Assembly: GCA_043228905.1 (NCBI GenBank)
Contig: JBHGNT010000008.1
Coordinates: forward strand, 8,804,001 to 8,868,000
Origin: Azolla caroliniana
Taxonomy: Eukaryota; Plantae; Polypodiophyta
Direction: 5' to 3'
Length of the DNA stretch: 64,000 nucleotides
Part shown: one piece after another, positions 12,952 to 25,380 of the stretch
Layout of the letters: each line of letters opens with the position of its first letter
How positions within the stretch are numbered: the first letter of the stretch is position 1
Position numbers and translations under genes: made by a program
Notes under the pieces: model-generated
Database searches by the model: none
What the model was told of the DNA's origin: nothing
The model's input: only the letters and a program-made list of their open reading frames with translations

Positions 12952-15900
12952 TGTTGTATGTATGGCTGGACTAGCCGCAACACAGGTGTCTATCCGACAC
13001 TTCTCCAAAGGGGTGGTAGGGATAGGATGTTAATACACGCGTATGATAATTACACTTAAGCACAGACGAAGACAAGATTAATCAGCATAAGCAAAACTAT
13101 ATTAATTCTTCGCGCTTCCATTACAAAAACATCGGATCCTTTTATAGGCATCCGGCCAGATTACAATCGGTGCTCGGTAAGCAACCGTTAACCGAAACCG
13201 AATCGGTTCGGATCCGGATCGGTTACAACTACCGGATCCGTCCCTCCTAATAATTCTATTCCTATTTCTATATTTATCCGATCCGACCTTGCTTTCCCAC
13301 TTGCCTTCTCTGACCGGCCAACACATGGCACGCCCGTGGGAAAGTGCGTTGCACTTCGAACCCACAGCCGGCTTCAGTCTTCCTCCAAATTATTCAGCTA
13401 ACTCCGCTCAGAGGTTCCAAGTGTTGTCTGGCCTGTGCCGTCTCTGACTTCCGATTGGATTGGCTGCCTTTTCACATCTTGCTGCTCCGACTCTGCTTGT
13501 ACCGGTGGTACCGGTGTTTCTTCTGTATCCTGTCCGGGTCTGTCCTGCTCTACCTCCGTTCCGTTCCCGGTATCGCTCTCTCCGGTTTCCACTGGTTGTG
13601 TCCTTTCCTCCCCGGATTCGGCACTTCTCTGTCTCCACTCTGCATCATCCCCGGCCTCAACCTGCTCTTGCTCCGGAAGTTCTACCTCGGGTAACTCTTG
13701 TCGGGGTGCATTGTTGGTTGGGTCCTCTTCAGCCGGTCGCTCGCCCTCACTAATGGAGATCGGCGTTGTGTGTCCCTCGGCTTCCTGTCGCAGTCGCTCC
13801 TTCTCGTACCCTTCCAATTCTAGTTGGGTTTCGAGCTGCCCGTCATCCAACCTCTCTACTAACCCTCGGATTTCCTTGAGATGCTCCTCTGCTAGAGCAT
13901 AGAAATCCTCCGACAATTCTTCCCGGATGTTGACGATACTTTCTTCGTCCATTTTATAGAACCCATCTCCGGTTTTCTTCCGATTCTCTGCATCCGCTCG
14001 GAGTGTCTGCAGTTCAGCTGCCTGTTGTGCCCATTCCTTCCAGAGTTTCTCCGTGCTTTCATTTATGCTGGCCTGAGCTCGGGTACTCCAGCTTGACATG
14101 ATGAACTTAATTCGGTCAACCCCTGCTTTAGCCTGTTCCGCAGCTGCTTGTTTTTCCCTCCTTATCCGTTTGATGATGTCGGCCATTAACTGAGTTTGAG
14201 CTTCAGAGTCGACTTTTTGCTTGTCACAGGTACTCCGCCATTTGTTGATTTCGAAAGTCAACTTCACTTTCTCCTCATTCCTGCTCTTTGTCAGCTCCCC
14301 TACTTTCTGCCGAAGTACTTCCATCTCTTTTCTTTGTTCCGACGTCAAGCTCTTCTCCACCGACACTTCCTCCCTTGCTTTGGACAATTCCAAGCGGTTT
14401 TCCTTGAGCTGCTCTTTCAGCTTCTCTAACTGTCGGTCGTACGATGCTGCCTGATTCTTGATGTCCGACGTGGCCTGTTTATAATCCTTACACAGTCGGT
14501 CGAATTCCTCCGTCTTCTGTTTTAGGCGTCGGTTCGCCTGATCTCGCAACCGATCATCCCGGTCCTTTTGTTGTCGGAGTTCCTCTCGCAACCGCTCGAT
14601 TTCTTGCTCCATTCGTCGGCGCAGCCTATCTTTCTCCTTTTGCAGTGTCCCGTTTTCTTCTTGTAGTCGGTCGTTGGTGGCTTTGCTTCGGCGAAGGCCT
14701 TCCTCCATTCGCCGTCTGTCGTCTTCTACCAACTGCCGCTGCTCTCTTTCGTTATTTCTCAATGCCTCCTGAGCCTGTAATTCTTCTTTCAAAGTTGCTA
14801 TTAACTTCTCGGTCTCAGGGCCGGTTTGCGAGGCCTTCTCCGTTTCTGGTTCGGCTTGCTTTTCTGATGTCCCGACCGGCTCGGTGCCATCTTGTGCTTG
14901 TCGGCTGCCTTCTTTTGCCTGTGCTAGCTCTTCTTGCAGCTCATGTAATTGTGCCCGGAGCATGACCATATCCTTAGTCGTCGTCCTAGTCACTTCTTCT
15001 CTTTGCTCCTCCTCTTTCTCCATCTGGTCTGCTACTCCCGACAACTGCCCTGACACCCACCTTAGCCACTGTGCCTTTGTTCTGCCTTCGTTGGTGTGGG
15101 TAGGCGTACCTAGCTCCGACTGTTTTTCCGGCCTCTTCTCTTGCTCCGGCGCTTGTTCCTTCCTTGGTTCTTCGAACTCCGCCGCCGTCGGTTCCGGTAC
15201 TGCCGTCTTTGGTGCAGACGAACCTTCATCCTGTGTCGCTTCTGTTCCGGTTACTGGTTCTTCCGCCCGTTGTTGAGTTCCGACCGCTGTTGGGGTCGGT
15301 CTTGTCGCCCGTTTCTCCTTTCCTTGCCTGGGTGGTAGTATTAACATCGGTTCGGATGACTCTTCCTCTGTGTCGGCTTCCTCCGTCGCTGCGACTATCG
15401 GTTCCTTTACTGGTACCGGTTCCGATTCGAGCGTTACTGGTTCGGTGTCGGTTTGCCTCTTGCTGGTCTTCTTTGCCACCTTCTCTTTGCCCTTTTCCGC
15501 CTTTTTCTTCTTCAATGTCGGTTGCTGTTGCTGTTTCTGTGGCTGCCGTGATGAGCCTTCCTCTCTTTGCTGTCGGGATGAGTCTTCTTCCCGCGGTTGT
15601 CGGGATAATCCTTCTTCTGGCGGCGCTTCTTCTTCCTGTGTCCATCCTGGGGTGTGTTTCTCTAGTATTCGTCGGCGTTTCATGGTTTGCTTCGGGGTAG
15701 TCTCCTGCCGACTTCTTTGCTTGTGCTTGATGGGGGACACTGGTGGGACCAACACGGTTAACCATTGGGATATTCCGGACCATGGCTTCTTCCCTTCCAC
15801 CAAGTGCTTGATCGCCTCTTGCAGTCCTTCGGTGATGAAGTGGAGCCAGTCCACCTGCAGGCCTTCGAATGTCGCGGCGACGATCGCTGCTCGGTATTTG

Positions 15901-16721
15901 GCTATGGCTGCCGGACGAGGGTTCACGAACCCATACTCCATCAGGGCGCGGGCCACCTCTCCGAACAGCTGGTTCTCTCCGCCCTGTGTGCGATACGCCT
16001 TGCTGCTGAGGGAATATTCGCCGAAATACTCGAAGAATATTTGGCTCGAGGGCAGCTCTATTGTTTGAAGTCCTCCCTCCGAAATCCCTGTGAGTGCTTG
16101 TACCGCTCCTTCGGTGACTTCTGCCAGGTCTACTGCTGTTGCCGCCTGCTCTGGTTCCTTGTGTGGTGGAGCGTCAGCGACCCGCAGCAGCCCTCCTAAT
16201 CCGTTCTCTGTCAGCCATTGGCGCGCTCCGTCCGACAGTGCCATCGCTTCTTCTTCGTTTGCTGCTGCCTGTGGTCTGAGGTCGGGGTGTAGGTGTTCTG
16301 CGCGTCGGATCTTGCTGTTATGAGCCTGCGTTTGCTTGTGGCAAAATAGTGTTGTATGTATGGCTGGACTAGCCGCAACACAGGTGTCTATCCGACACTT
16401 CTCCAAAGGGGTGGTAGGGATAGGATGTTAATACACGCGTATGATAATTACACTTAAGCACAGACGAAGACAAGATTAATCAGCATAAGCAAAACTATAT
16501 TAATTCTTCGCGCTTCCATTACAAAAACATCGGATCCTTTTATAGGCATCCGGCCAGATTACAATCGGTGCTCGGTAAGCAACCGTTAACCGAAACCGAA
16601 TCGGTTCGGATCCGGATCGGTTACAACTACCGGATCCGTCCCTCCTAATAATTCTATTCCTATTTCTATATTTATCCGATCCGACCTTGCTTTCCCACTT
16701 GCCTTCTCTGACCGGCCAACA
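12952..16721 (-). mobile_element. Young non-autonomous LTR element carrying a single large ORF (no gag/pol)
   Basis: 372-bp LTRs (12952-13323, 16350-16721) identical by eye, TG...CA termini, 5-bp TSD TTATC (12947-12951, 16722-16726), TATAAAAGG on the minus strand of the LTR. Confidence 0.95.
13398..16244 (-). CDS. Intact retrotransposon accessory protein, 948 aa from first ATG: globular N-terminal domain, K-rich NLS-like segment, long coiled coil, acidic tail
   Basis: Uninterrupted ORF. Homologous to the post-integrase ORF of 53829-63496 (FGEYSLSSKAYRT vs FGPYSASAKAYRT; GFYKMDEESIVNIREEL vs GFYKLNEESIAAVREDL). The track's TTG start at 16406 lies inside the LTR. Confidence 0.85.
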   Translation of the reverse strand: MALSDGARQWLTENGLGGLLRVADAPPHKEPEQAATAVDLAEVTEGAVQALTGISEGGLQTIELPSSQIFFEYFGEYSLSSKAYRTQGGENQLFGEVARALMEYGFVNPRPAAIAKYRAAIVAATFEGLQVDWLHFITEGLQEAIKHLVEGKKPWSGISQWLTVLVPPVSPIKHKQRSRQETTPKQTMKRRRILEKHTPGWTQEEEAPPEEGLSRQPREEDSSRQQREEGSSRQPQKQQQQPTLKKKKAEKGKEKVAKKTSKRQTDTEPVTLESEPVPVKEPIVAATEEADTEEESSEPMLILPPRQGKEKRATRPTPTAVGTQQRAEEPVTGTEATQDEGSSAPKTAVPEPTAAEFEEPRKEQAPEQEKRPEKQSELGTPTHTNEGRTKAQWLRWVSGQLSGVADQMEKEEEQREEVTRTTTKDMVMLRAQLHELQEELAQAKEGSRQAQDGTEPVGTSEKQAEPETEKASQTGPETEKLIATLKEELQAQEALRNNEREQRQLVEDDRRRMEEGLRRSKATNDRLQEENGTLQKEKDRLRRRMEQEIERLREELRQQKDRDDRLRDQANRRLKQKTEEFDRLCKDYKQATSDIKNQAASYDRQLEKLKEQLKENRLELSKAREEVSVEKSLTSEQRKEMEVLRQKVGELTKSRNEEKVKLTFEINKWRSTCDKQKVDSEAQTQLMADIIKRIRREKQAAAEQAKAGVDRIKFIMSSWSTRAQASINESTEKLWKEWAQQAAELQTLRADAENRKKTGDGFYKMDEESIVNIREELSEDFYALAEEHLKEIRGLVERLDDGQLETQLELEGYEKERLRQEAEGHTTPISISEGERPAEEDPTNNAPRQELPEVELPEQEQVEAGDDAEWRQRSAESGEERTQPVETGESDTGNGTEVEQDRPGQDTEETPVPPVQAESEQQDVKRQPIQSEVRDGTGQTTLGTSERS

Positions 16722-19700
16722 TTATCTTCGGTCACAACCAAGACTTAGATCACTTAAATGATAATCAAACACAGAAAGATGAGGAATGGAAGTAAGTACA
16801 CAAGCAGAAGAGAATGCACAGGATGTTAACGTGGAAAACCCTAAACGGGAAAAACCACGAGAGTCCACAAACTCCAACTCTCACTATGCAATGAGAATAC
16901 AATAGGGGAACACAGAGGCAACAACCTCGTGCTCACAATCTTTGCTTGGTGGTAGTTACAACAAAGACTCTCTCTCTCTCTCTCTTTCCTCTGCTACACT
17001 CTGTACAATAGTTACACCAATAACTCTATACAAAATAATGACAACCTACCATGATACTGTTTGCCCTAGGTCATATTTATACTAATATGACTTTCGGGCT
17101 ATTTACAAATATAGCCCCAGTGGGCTCTCTAGAACATATTCACATATATGTCCCTTTATCCGGTGAGAGGTTCTCACCGGGCCTGCACACTGGGTCTTCC
17201 TTGCCGGGTACTCATCATCCGGTTCTCACCGGGCCTTCATCATCTGGTTCTCACTAGGCCTTTATCATCCCATCCGGAGGGACCGAAATCCTAACAAACT
17301 CCCCCTTCACTCCGGCATGGGATGTCTAGTTAGTCCAATTCGCTTCCGGCATGCGTCTAGCTTGTCGGGTGTCAGCACCTTGGTCAACATATCTGACCCA
17401 TTCTCCTTCGTGTGGATCTTCGTTAGCACGAACTCTCGATCTTCCACTCGCTCCCAGATCCAGTGGTACCTCCACTGGATGTGCTTCATCCTGGAATGAT
17501 AAGCCACGTTCTTCGCAAGGTGGATGGCACTTTGACTGTCGCAATAGAGCCGATATTCCTCTTGCCGAATCCCTAGCTCTCCGATGAAGTCCTTTATCCA
17601 TAATATTTCCTTGTCGGCTTCCACGACTGCCATGTACTCTGCCTCTGTAGTTGACCACGCAACCGTCTTTTGCAGCCTCGACTACCACGAAACAGCTCCC
17701 CCTGCATATGTCATAACATATCCTGATGTTGACCGGCTGGTATCCGCATCAGCCGACATATCCAAATCGGTGAAACCGTCAAGTTGGGGTTTACCGGAGC
17801 CAAATCAGAGACACATACTTGAGGTGCCTTTCAAGTATCGGGGTATCCACTTTACCGCATTCCAGTGCTCCTTGCCGGGATTGCTCATAAACCGGCTCAC
17901 CACTCCGACTACGTATCCAATATCCGGTCGGGTACACACCATTGCGTACATTAAGCTCCCAATGGCAGAGGCATATGGTATCTTCATCATATCCGCCTTC
18001 TCGGCCTTCGTCTTCGGGCTTTGCTTACCAGATAACCTGTAGTTTGCTGGGAGTGTCGATCTGACCGGTTTCGCATCTGACATGTTGAACCACTGAAGCA
18101 CCTTTGTCACGTACTTCTCCTGTGACAGCCACAATTGCTTCTTTGACTAGTCCCGGATGATATGCATCCCCAGTATCCTACTTGCTGGACCCAAGACTTT
18201 CATTGAGAAGGTCCGGTTCAGAGCCTTCTTCAACGTCTGTATCTTGACTTGGTCTCGTCCAACGATCAACATGTCGTCCACGTACAGGAGGAGTATCAGG
18301 AAGTCTTCACCTTCAAACTTCTTCACAAACCCGTAGTGATCGACCTGCGTCTTGTGGTATCCTTGATCCGTCATGAAGGAGTCAAACTTCTGGTACCATT
18401 GCCGGGGAGCTTGCTTCAAACCGTAGAGGCTCTTCTTCAACCGGCAAACCAGGTGCTCCTTCCCTTTCCTCACAAATCCCTCCGGTTGCTGCATGTAGAT
18501 CTCCTCTTCAAGGTCGTCGTGGAGGAACACCGTCTTCACGTCTAACTGCACTACCTCGAGTTTCATGCTTGCCGCTATGCTCAGCACCGTTCGGATGGAA
18601 GTCATCTTTACTACCGGGGCAAATATCTCGTCGAAGTCCACGCCCTTCTTCTGTTGGAACCCCTTCACCACGATCATGGCTTTGTATCTCGGGGGGTTAC
18701 CGGCATCTCCCAGTTTCAGCTTGTACACCCACTTATTCAGGAATGCCCGCCTCCCTTTCGGCAACTCCACCAGTTCATACGTGTGGTTCTCATGCAAGGA
18801 ATCCATCTCGTCCTGCATGGCACTCAACCACTTGTGGCTGTGGGTGTCCTCCTTTGCTTCTTCGAAGCTTTTCGGCTCCCCCTCATCGGTTAGCAACACA
18901 TGCTCTGAATCCGGAAATCTCCGGGGGGGCCTTCTCTCTTTGAGAGGATACCTCCGTCTTTGGCTTTCGGAAACCGGCTCCTCTGTTTGTTCTTCATCCA
19001 AATCCGATTTGAGGTCTTGGCCGGTTCCGGTTTCTGCTTCCTCTTCTTCTTCTTCTGCCGGTTCGGTATCCTCACCATAACCGGTAGGTTCTTCGAGTGT
19101 CAACTGGCTCTTAGTCGGGTAGGTCTGAATCTCATCGAACCGATCCTTACCGGTCATCTCGGAGTTCATTATCTTCTTCTCCGACTCCCAATCGGCAAGG
19201 GTCTTGTCCTCCATGAAGATAATATCTCGACTCCGGAAAACCTTCTTGTCGACCGGATCCCACACTCGGTAGCCGAACTCATCATCACCATATCCGAGCA
19301 ATATGTAAGGCCGGGACTTTGGATCCAACTTTGCTCTCCGGTCCTTTGCAACATGCACGTAAGTGAGATACCCGAAAACCTTGAAATGCCGATAAGACAC
19401 TTCCTTACCGCTCCACACTCTCTGCGGCGTGTCTCCATCCAAGGGCACTGAGGGTGATCTGTTTATCACGTACGTCGTTGTCGCCAGCGCCTCAGCCGCA
19501 AACGTCTTGGGTAAGCGTGCATGTGCCAGTATACTCTACACCCTCTCCATTATGGTCCGGTTCATCCTCTCGGCCAACCCGTTTAGTTCTGGCGTCTTTG
19601 GCGTGGTAAATTCGAGAAGGATTCCCTTCGAGCGGCAATACTCCTCAAACTTGCCCTGGTATTCTCCTCCGTTATCTGCTCGAACCACCTTCAGCTTCTG

Positions 19701-21641
19701 ACCGGTTTCTCTTTCCAGTCTCGCGTGGAGCTTCTTGAAGACGGATAACACTTGATCCATCGTCTTCAACGATGTGGCCCACAACTTCCGGCAGTGGTCA
19801 TCTACGAATGTCACGAAGTACTGCAATTCGGCATGTGACTTTGTGTCCACTTGACACACATTGGTATGCACCAGCTCCAGTGGTGCATTACATCTCATCA
19901 ATGGCCTTGATCGGACGGAGGTCCAGTTTTGCTTACCGGCCAGGCAGTCAATGCACCTCACAAGATGCATGTCCTTCACCGGAATGTGGTTGTCATCGGC
20001 AAGCCTCTTCATCCCCTTCTCGCTCATGTGATACAGTCGCTTGTGCCACAGCTCACCGGCAATGTCAGATGCCACGTTCACTTCTTCCCGGCATAACCAG
20101 GCATTCATCAGGTATAGTGTGTTGACTTTCCGGGCCCGAGCCACTATCAGGCTCCCTTTGCAGAACTTCATGACACCATTCCGGATGCTACCCGTGTAGT
20201 CTTCATCATCTAGCCGACCGGCTGATATCAGGTTCAGTCGAACCTCCGGAACGTGTCAGACATCATTCAGCAGCAACTTGCATCTGGTTGATGTTGTCAA
20301 CAATACATCTCCTATGCCGATAATTCGGCATGTCCCTTCATCCCCATCTGAACACAACTGTGCTCACCGGTTGTGTAGAATGAGAAGCATTTCCGGTCCG
20401 GGGTGAGGTGGAACGACGCTCCGGAATTGACAACCCATGTTGTCTCGTCGCCGACAAGGTTCAACTCACTCTCCTCGGTGATGAGCATCAACTCTTCTTC
20501 ACTTGCCGCGATTGCCGTCGTTCCCTTCTGGTCTGGTCTCCTCCGGTCTTTACCGTTCCGGTCCAGTGACCGCTTCGAATCGGTACTGTCGGTTTCCTTT
20601 TCTTTCCGGAAATGCCAATAGTACTTCTGGAAGTGTCCCGACTTGCCACAATAGAAGCAAGTAGGCCTCCCCCTTGACTTTGATTGTGTCCCTGACTTTT
20701 CCTGGTTCTGGGGACTACAATTCCTTTGTCTTCCGCGTTCCAATTCGGTAAGGAGCGCTTTGGAGTCGGAGATCGTATCCTTGTCTTTCCGACGCGCCTC
20801 CTCATCTAGCAAGCTCGACTTGACTCTTGCTAGGGATAGCTATTTTCCTTCTGGCCTAGCGTTGCCCAACGTGACAACTAACGTCTCCCAGCTGTCCGGG
20901 AGGGAACCTAGCAGGAGTAGAGCAAGTACCTCATCGGCAAGAGGTACTTCCAACGAGGTTTCCGGGTGAATCAGTCCCTGGAAGGCATTCATGTACTCCG
21001 CCATACTGGAGTCATCTTGGTACCGGAGCCTCACTAGCTTCCGGAATACCGAAACCCGATTAACAACATTTTTGTTCTGAAACATAGTGCCGATCTTCTC
21101 CTAGAGCTCATGAGCCTTACTCTCCTCATTAAAGTTGTTGTACATACTCATGTCGATGAAGCACCATATGTACGTCGTTGTCTTCATATGCATCACCTCC
21201 CATATTGTGGCATCGATCTTGTCCGGTCTCTTGTCCCCGAACTGAACTGGCAACCAGAGATCTTTAACCACAAGCATGTCCCTCATCCTCGACTTCCACA
21301 TTGAGTAGTTGGAGCCGTTGAGCTTGAACATGCCTCCCAACGAATCTTCCATTTTCGATGTTGTTTCGCTCTGATACCAGATTGTCAGAAATATGCGGAA
21401 TTATCTTCGGTCACAACCGAGACTTAGATCACTTAAATGATAATCAAACACATAAAGATGAGGAATGGAAGTAAGTACACAAGTAGAAGAGAATGCGCAG
21501 GATGTTAACGTGGAAAACCCTAAACGGGAAAAAACACAGGAGTCCGCAAACTCCAACTCTCACTATGCAACAAGAATACATCAAGGGAACATAGAGGCAA
21601 CGACCTCGTGCTCCCAATCTTCGCTTGGTGGCGGTTACAAC

Positions 21642-21696
<55 letters not shown>

Positions 21697-21771
21697 TTCT
21701 CTCTCTCTCTCATTCAAAGCTCTCTGTAAGTTCAAAGGATTCAAGGTTTAGGAAACTATAATGTACACTCT

Positions 21772-23340
21772 TTGATATGGAAGAAAAATCCAAGACAAAG
21801 AAGAGGACGAGGAGGGTTGGCATGTTTGATTAAGAAGGAAATAGAGAAATATGTGTCAATCATAAAAAATGATGAAAATAAATGCTACATATGGCTCAAA
21901 ATAGAAACACCTAATGATTTGCCCACTTTTGTAGTTGGATGTTACATTCCTCATCAAGATTCTAACTTTTATGCTTGTTTGGATAAAGATCAACCGTTTG
22001 CCAATCTAGAAGATGATATTGCTTATTTCAAATCCAAAGGGGAAGTTATTGTCTTTGGTGACATGAATGCTCGTACAAGAAGTTTCCAACTTGATTCACA
22101 AGAATCTTTCATGCCACATATCTCAAGGATGCAAGAGGATATGCAAATGTATAGCCGCTCTTCTAGCGATGAAAAAGATCTAGACCAATTTGGGAAGTTA
22201 CTCCTACAAATGTGCAATAGTACCAGATTGCTTATTGCAAATGGTATTTCCTTATGGCCCAACACTAATGGCTTTACATGTAAAAAACACAACGGAAATA
22301 GTGTGATTGACTATGTGCTACTTTCCGAAGGTATTTTGGATTGTATACATAAATTCTCAATTGGTGAATGGACACTGGAATCCGATCAGAGGCCTTTATG
22401 TATTGATCTCAAATGTATGCATAGGTTTGATTGTGAGAAGGCTATTGAAGATAATAAACAGCCGCACTTGAGCATGAACCTTAAGCGAGCACCCATGTAT
22501 TCCAAGATGGTTGAGGATATGTTACAAAAGACAAAGATACAACATGGTGCCACACTAGAATGCAAATGGGAAGCTTTCAAGAAAGTCATTCTCTTGTGTA
22601 CAAACAAATGTTTTTCGACCAACCATACATCTTGGAAATGCACCAAGAAGCTTAGGAAAAAATGGTTTGATAAAGAATGTCGTGAAGCTCGAAAGTGCCT
22701 TATGGTTTTGGATGTAGTTAAGGATAAAGAGAATTACCAAAAGCATTTGCGTGAGTATAAAAGACTTATTCAAAGAAAGAGAAGAATATGGGAAGTTACT
22801 CAACAATTTATCCAAACGCAAGAGAAAGCACATGCATGTGCTAAATTTTGGGGAAATCTAAAGGGGAACGTGTTGAGAGTTATGGTGACTTAACTCTTCA
22901 TGATTTTTCTATGCATTGTAAGAATCTATATGAGTTATCTCTTGCCGGAAAGATGATATGTTATGGTTCTCTTTCACATATGCCTCCCTTCTTTACAATT
23001 GAAGATATATGCATAGGACTTAAGAAATTGGCCTCTCGAAAGGCAAGTGATCTTCAATGTATAAAGGCTGAAATGCTCAAATGGAAGGGGAAGGAAGCAC
23101 ATATATGGATACGCGATATGTTTAATGATGCATTGCAACATGGTGTGCAATACGATTGGACTACAAATTGGATCAAACCTTTACATAAAGGTGGAGATAT
23201 AAATAATGTAAACAACTATCGAACCATTATGGTTGGCTCATTAATGGCAAAACTATTTGGATGTATAATGGAATCAAAGATAAGTGTATGGGCTGAAAAA
23301 AGTGGTAAGAGAGCTTATGGACAAGCTGGCTTTCGGAAAC
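21772..23340 (+). pseudogene. Non-LTR retrotransposon (LINE) ORF2 fragment: AP-endonuclease and start of RT
   Basis: GGLACLIK, VFGDMNAR, SVIDYVL, SDQRPL endonuclease motifs; KWFDKEC; NNYRTIMVGSLMAKLF...QAGFRK RT motifs. Frameshift near 22860; truncated. Confidence 0.88.
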
Positions 23341-23385
23341 ATCAAGCTGGCTTTCGGAAAAAAGTGGTAAGAGAGCTTATGGACA

Positions 23386-25380
23386 GAACCCACAAATAGT
23401 TGAAGTTGATTTGACTTGTGTCCAAATACAACTAGAATGATATTGGGTGAACTAGTCGGTTGCACCCCATCACTGTTCATAGTTGACTCTGGACAAAAGT
23501 CTAGCAAGCCGACATAGATGGCATCAACATCTGTGAGAAAGAATACGTGTGTGGAAGTGTGTGCGATAGACACCGACCAAGTACACAGTCGATTATTTAG
23601 AAACTCGACGGTTAGGTAAACACAGAGAATGGATACATAGTGCGAGAGAGATAGAGAGAGCAGACAACAACACTACAATTTCAAATAATGAACACTTTGT
23701 ACATACACCGTGCTCAGTGAGCACCTTTTATACAAGCTCTGACAAGTGGGCTGACACAAGTACCATCCGTACTTGAATGCTCATAAATGAGCCTGACACT
23801 AATTCTGCCTACAAGTGCAAGAGACACCGAGTACACAATCGTTTATTTGGAAACTCGACAGTTAGGTAAACATAGAGAATGGATACACAGTGTGAGAGAG
23901 ATTGCAGCAGACAACAACACCACAATTTCAAATAATGAACACTCTGTACATACACTGTGCTCAGTGAACACCTTTTATACAAGCTCTGACAAGTGGGCTA
24001 ACACAAGTACCATTTGTACTTGAATGCTCATAAATGAGCCTGACACTAATTACGCCTACAATATTCCTATTTAATATAATAGGAATATAGGCCCTATATG
24101 GCCTTTCGGCTCTCGGCACTCAACTCTCAGCTCTTGGCTCTCGGCTTCTTCAGCCAATTCAACCTATGTTGAGCTTGTCTTTCAACACTCCCCCTCAAGC
24201 TCAACTTGAGGTCCCGTCGTGTCAGCTCTGCCTGGTTCATCCCTTTAGCCTCATTTCTTGGCATCCCGACACCTCGCTCGCGCTCCTCGTCTAGTTCGAT
24301 CTTGCGTCCCACGACCCCTTCGGTCTAGCACTTCTTGACTCGTCTGGTTTTTCTCACCTCGACCCCTACATTCGGCTTGTGTGCTGCCTTGGCCCTTGTT
24401 AGCTCCCTCGTTGTCGCGGTATTGGCGCTCCTCGATCCGTCGACTCTTCCGTGTCGGTGTTGGCTTCAGCTCCCTCCTTGTCTGATTGGCCAATCGATTT
24501 GACTCCTCCGAATTGAACATTTCTATTGAATCAGCTGCAACTGATTCACTTTGACTCTTGACCGAATCGGTTGTCTCAAATTCGTCCCCTTTCCGGCCCT
24601 TGACCACATCTGCCCATGTTCTGGTCTTGGCCTTCTTGGTTCTATCCTTGTTGACTCTACCACCTTTCTTGCCCTTCTCGACTTTTCTACCATTTGTTTT
24701 GATTCACTCTGTCTTCGGCTCTCTCTTTCGGCCGCTCCCCTTGCATGTGGCTAGCCTTTGCTTAACCGGTCTTCTTCCACCTATCTACGTGTCCTCGGCT
24801 TCTCCCGCCGATCTGGACGTTCCGACTTCTTCAATCGTGCCGAAATCGAATTTTTCATCCGATCCGGCATGGACTTTGTCTCTCTCTTTCTTGGCTTCAC
24901 TCCTCCCCCTCAAGTTCGACATGTCGAGATACTGTAAGCCAAGCATACTCGAAAAATCGCGCAACTTGTCCAGGCCAAGAGGTTTGGTGAAGATATTGGC
25001 AACCTGCCAATCAGTCGGAACATACACAAGTTTGACTTCACCAGAGAGGACTCACTCGCGGACGAAATGATAGTGCTCCTCAATGTGCTTTGTCCAGGCA
25101 TGGAAGACGGGGTTCTTCGCAAGTTGGATGTTGTTGAGGTTGTCGTAGTATATAACTGTCGGCTTGGACACCTTTACATGTAGATCCTTCAATAGCCTTT
25201 TTAGCCAAATGGCTTCGCATGTAGCGACAACTGCTCCTCGATATTCGACCTCGGTGCTTGACAATGCCACTATCGGTTGCTTCTTACTGCTCCAGGTGAT
25301 CGCAATGCTTCCAAGTGAAAATGTGTATCCGGATGTAGGCGTGCAGTCACTGACATTTCCGGCCCAATCGGCATCCATGT
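23386..25380 (-). mobile_element. Copia 3' remnant (RNase H, 3' UTR, PPT, LTR ending at 24187)
   Basis: DADWAG...WSSKKQ..VALSSTEVEY...HIEEHYHFVRE...ANIFTKPLG; PPT TTGAGGGGGAG next to TGTTGAA at 24187. The left boundary is approximate. Confidence 0.8.
23560..24061. repeat. Tandem duplication of about 245 bp within a copia LTR
   Basis: Units ~23560-23813 and ~23814-24061, both GACACCGA...CTGACACTAATT..GCCTACAA. Confidence 0.85.

Larger units (their letters stand above)
12929..21710 (-). mobile_element. Ty1/copia element (family C), decayed; 3' LTR split by an insertion, 5' LTR truncated
   Basis: Gag 21352-20312, integrase 20171-19170, RT/RNase H 18900-17307 with stops and frameshifts. PBS TGGTATCAGAGC at 21368-21379, PPT GTGAAGGGGGAGTT at 17297-17310. 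LTRs 12929-12951 + 16727-17296 and 21383-~21710. Confidence 0.92.

Noticed and set aside
13326-13341. A tRNA gene at the tRNA-like motifs
   Set aside because: Only 16-17 nt corresponding to a tRNA 3' end including CCA; no cloverleaf or A/B boxes.
13398-16244. Calling the accessory ORF an envelope protein or a captured host myosin/SMC gene
   Set aside because: No signal peptide, TM helix or ATPase motif is visible; coiled-coil similarity is non-specific and the homolog is element-borne.
16245-16406. N-terminal 54 aa of the 1002-aa ORF (TTG start)
   Set aside because: Starts at a non-ATG codon inside the LTR; homology to the paralog begins only after the ATG at 16244.
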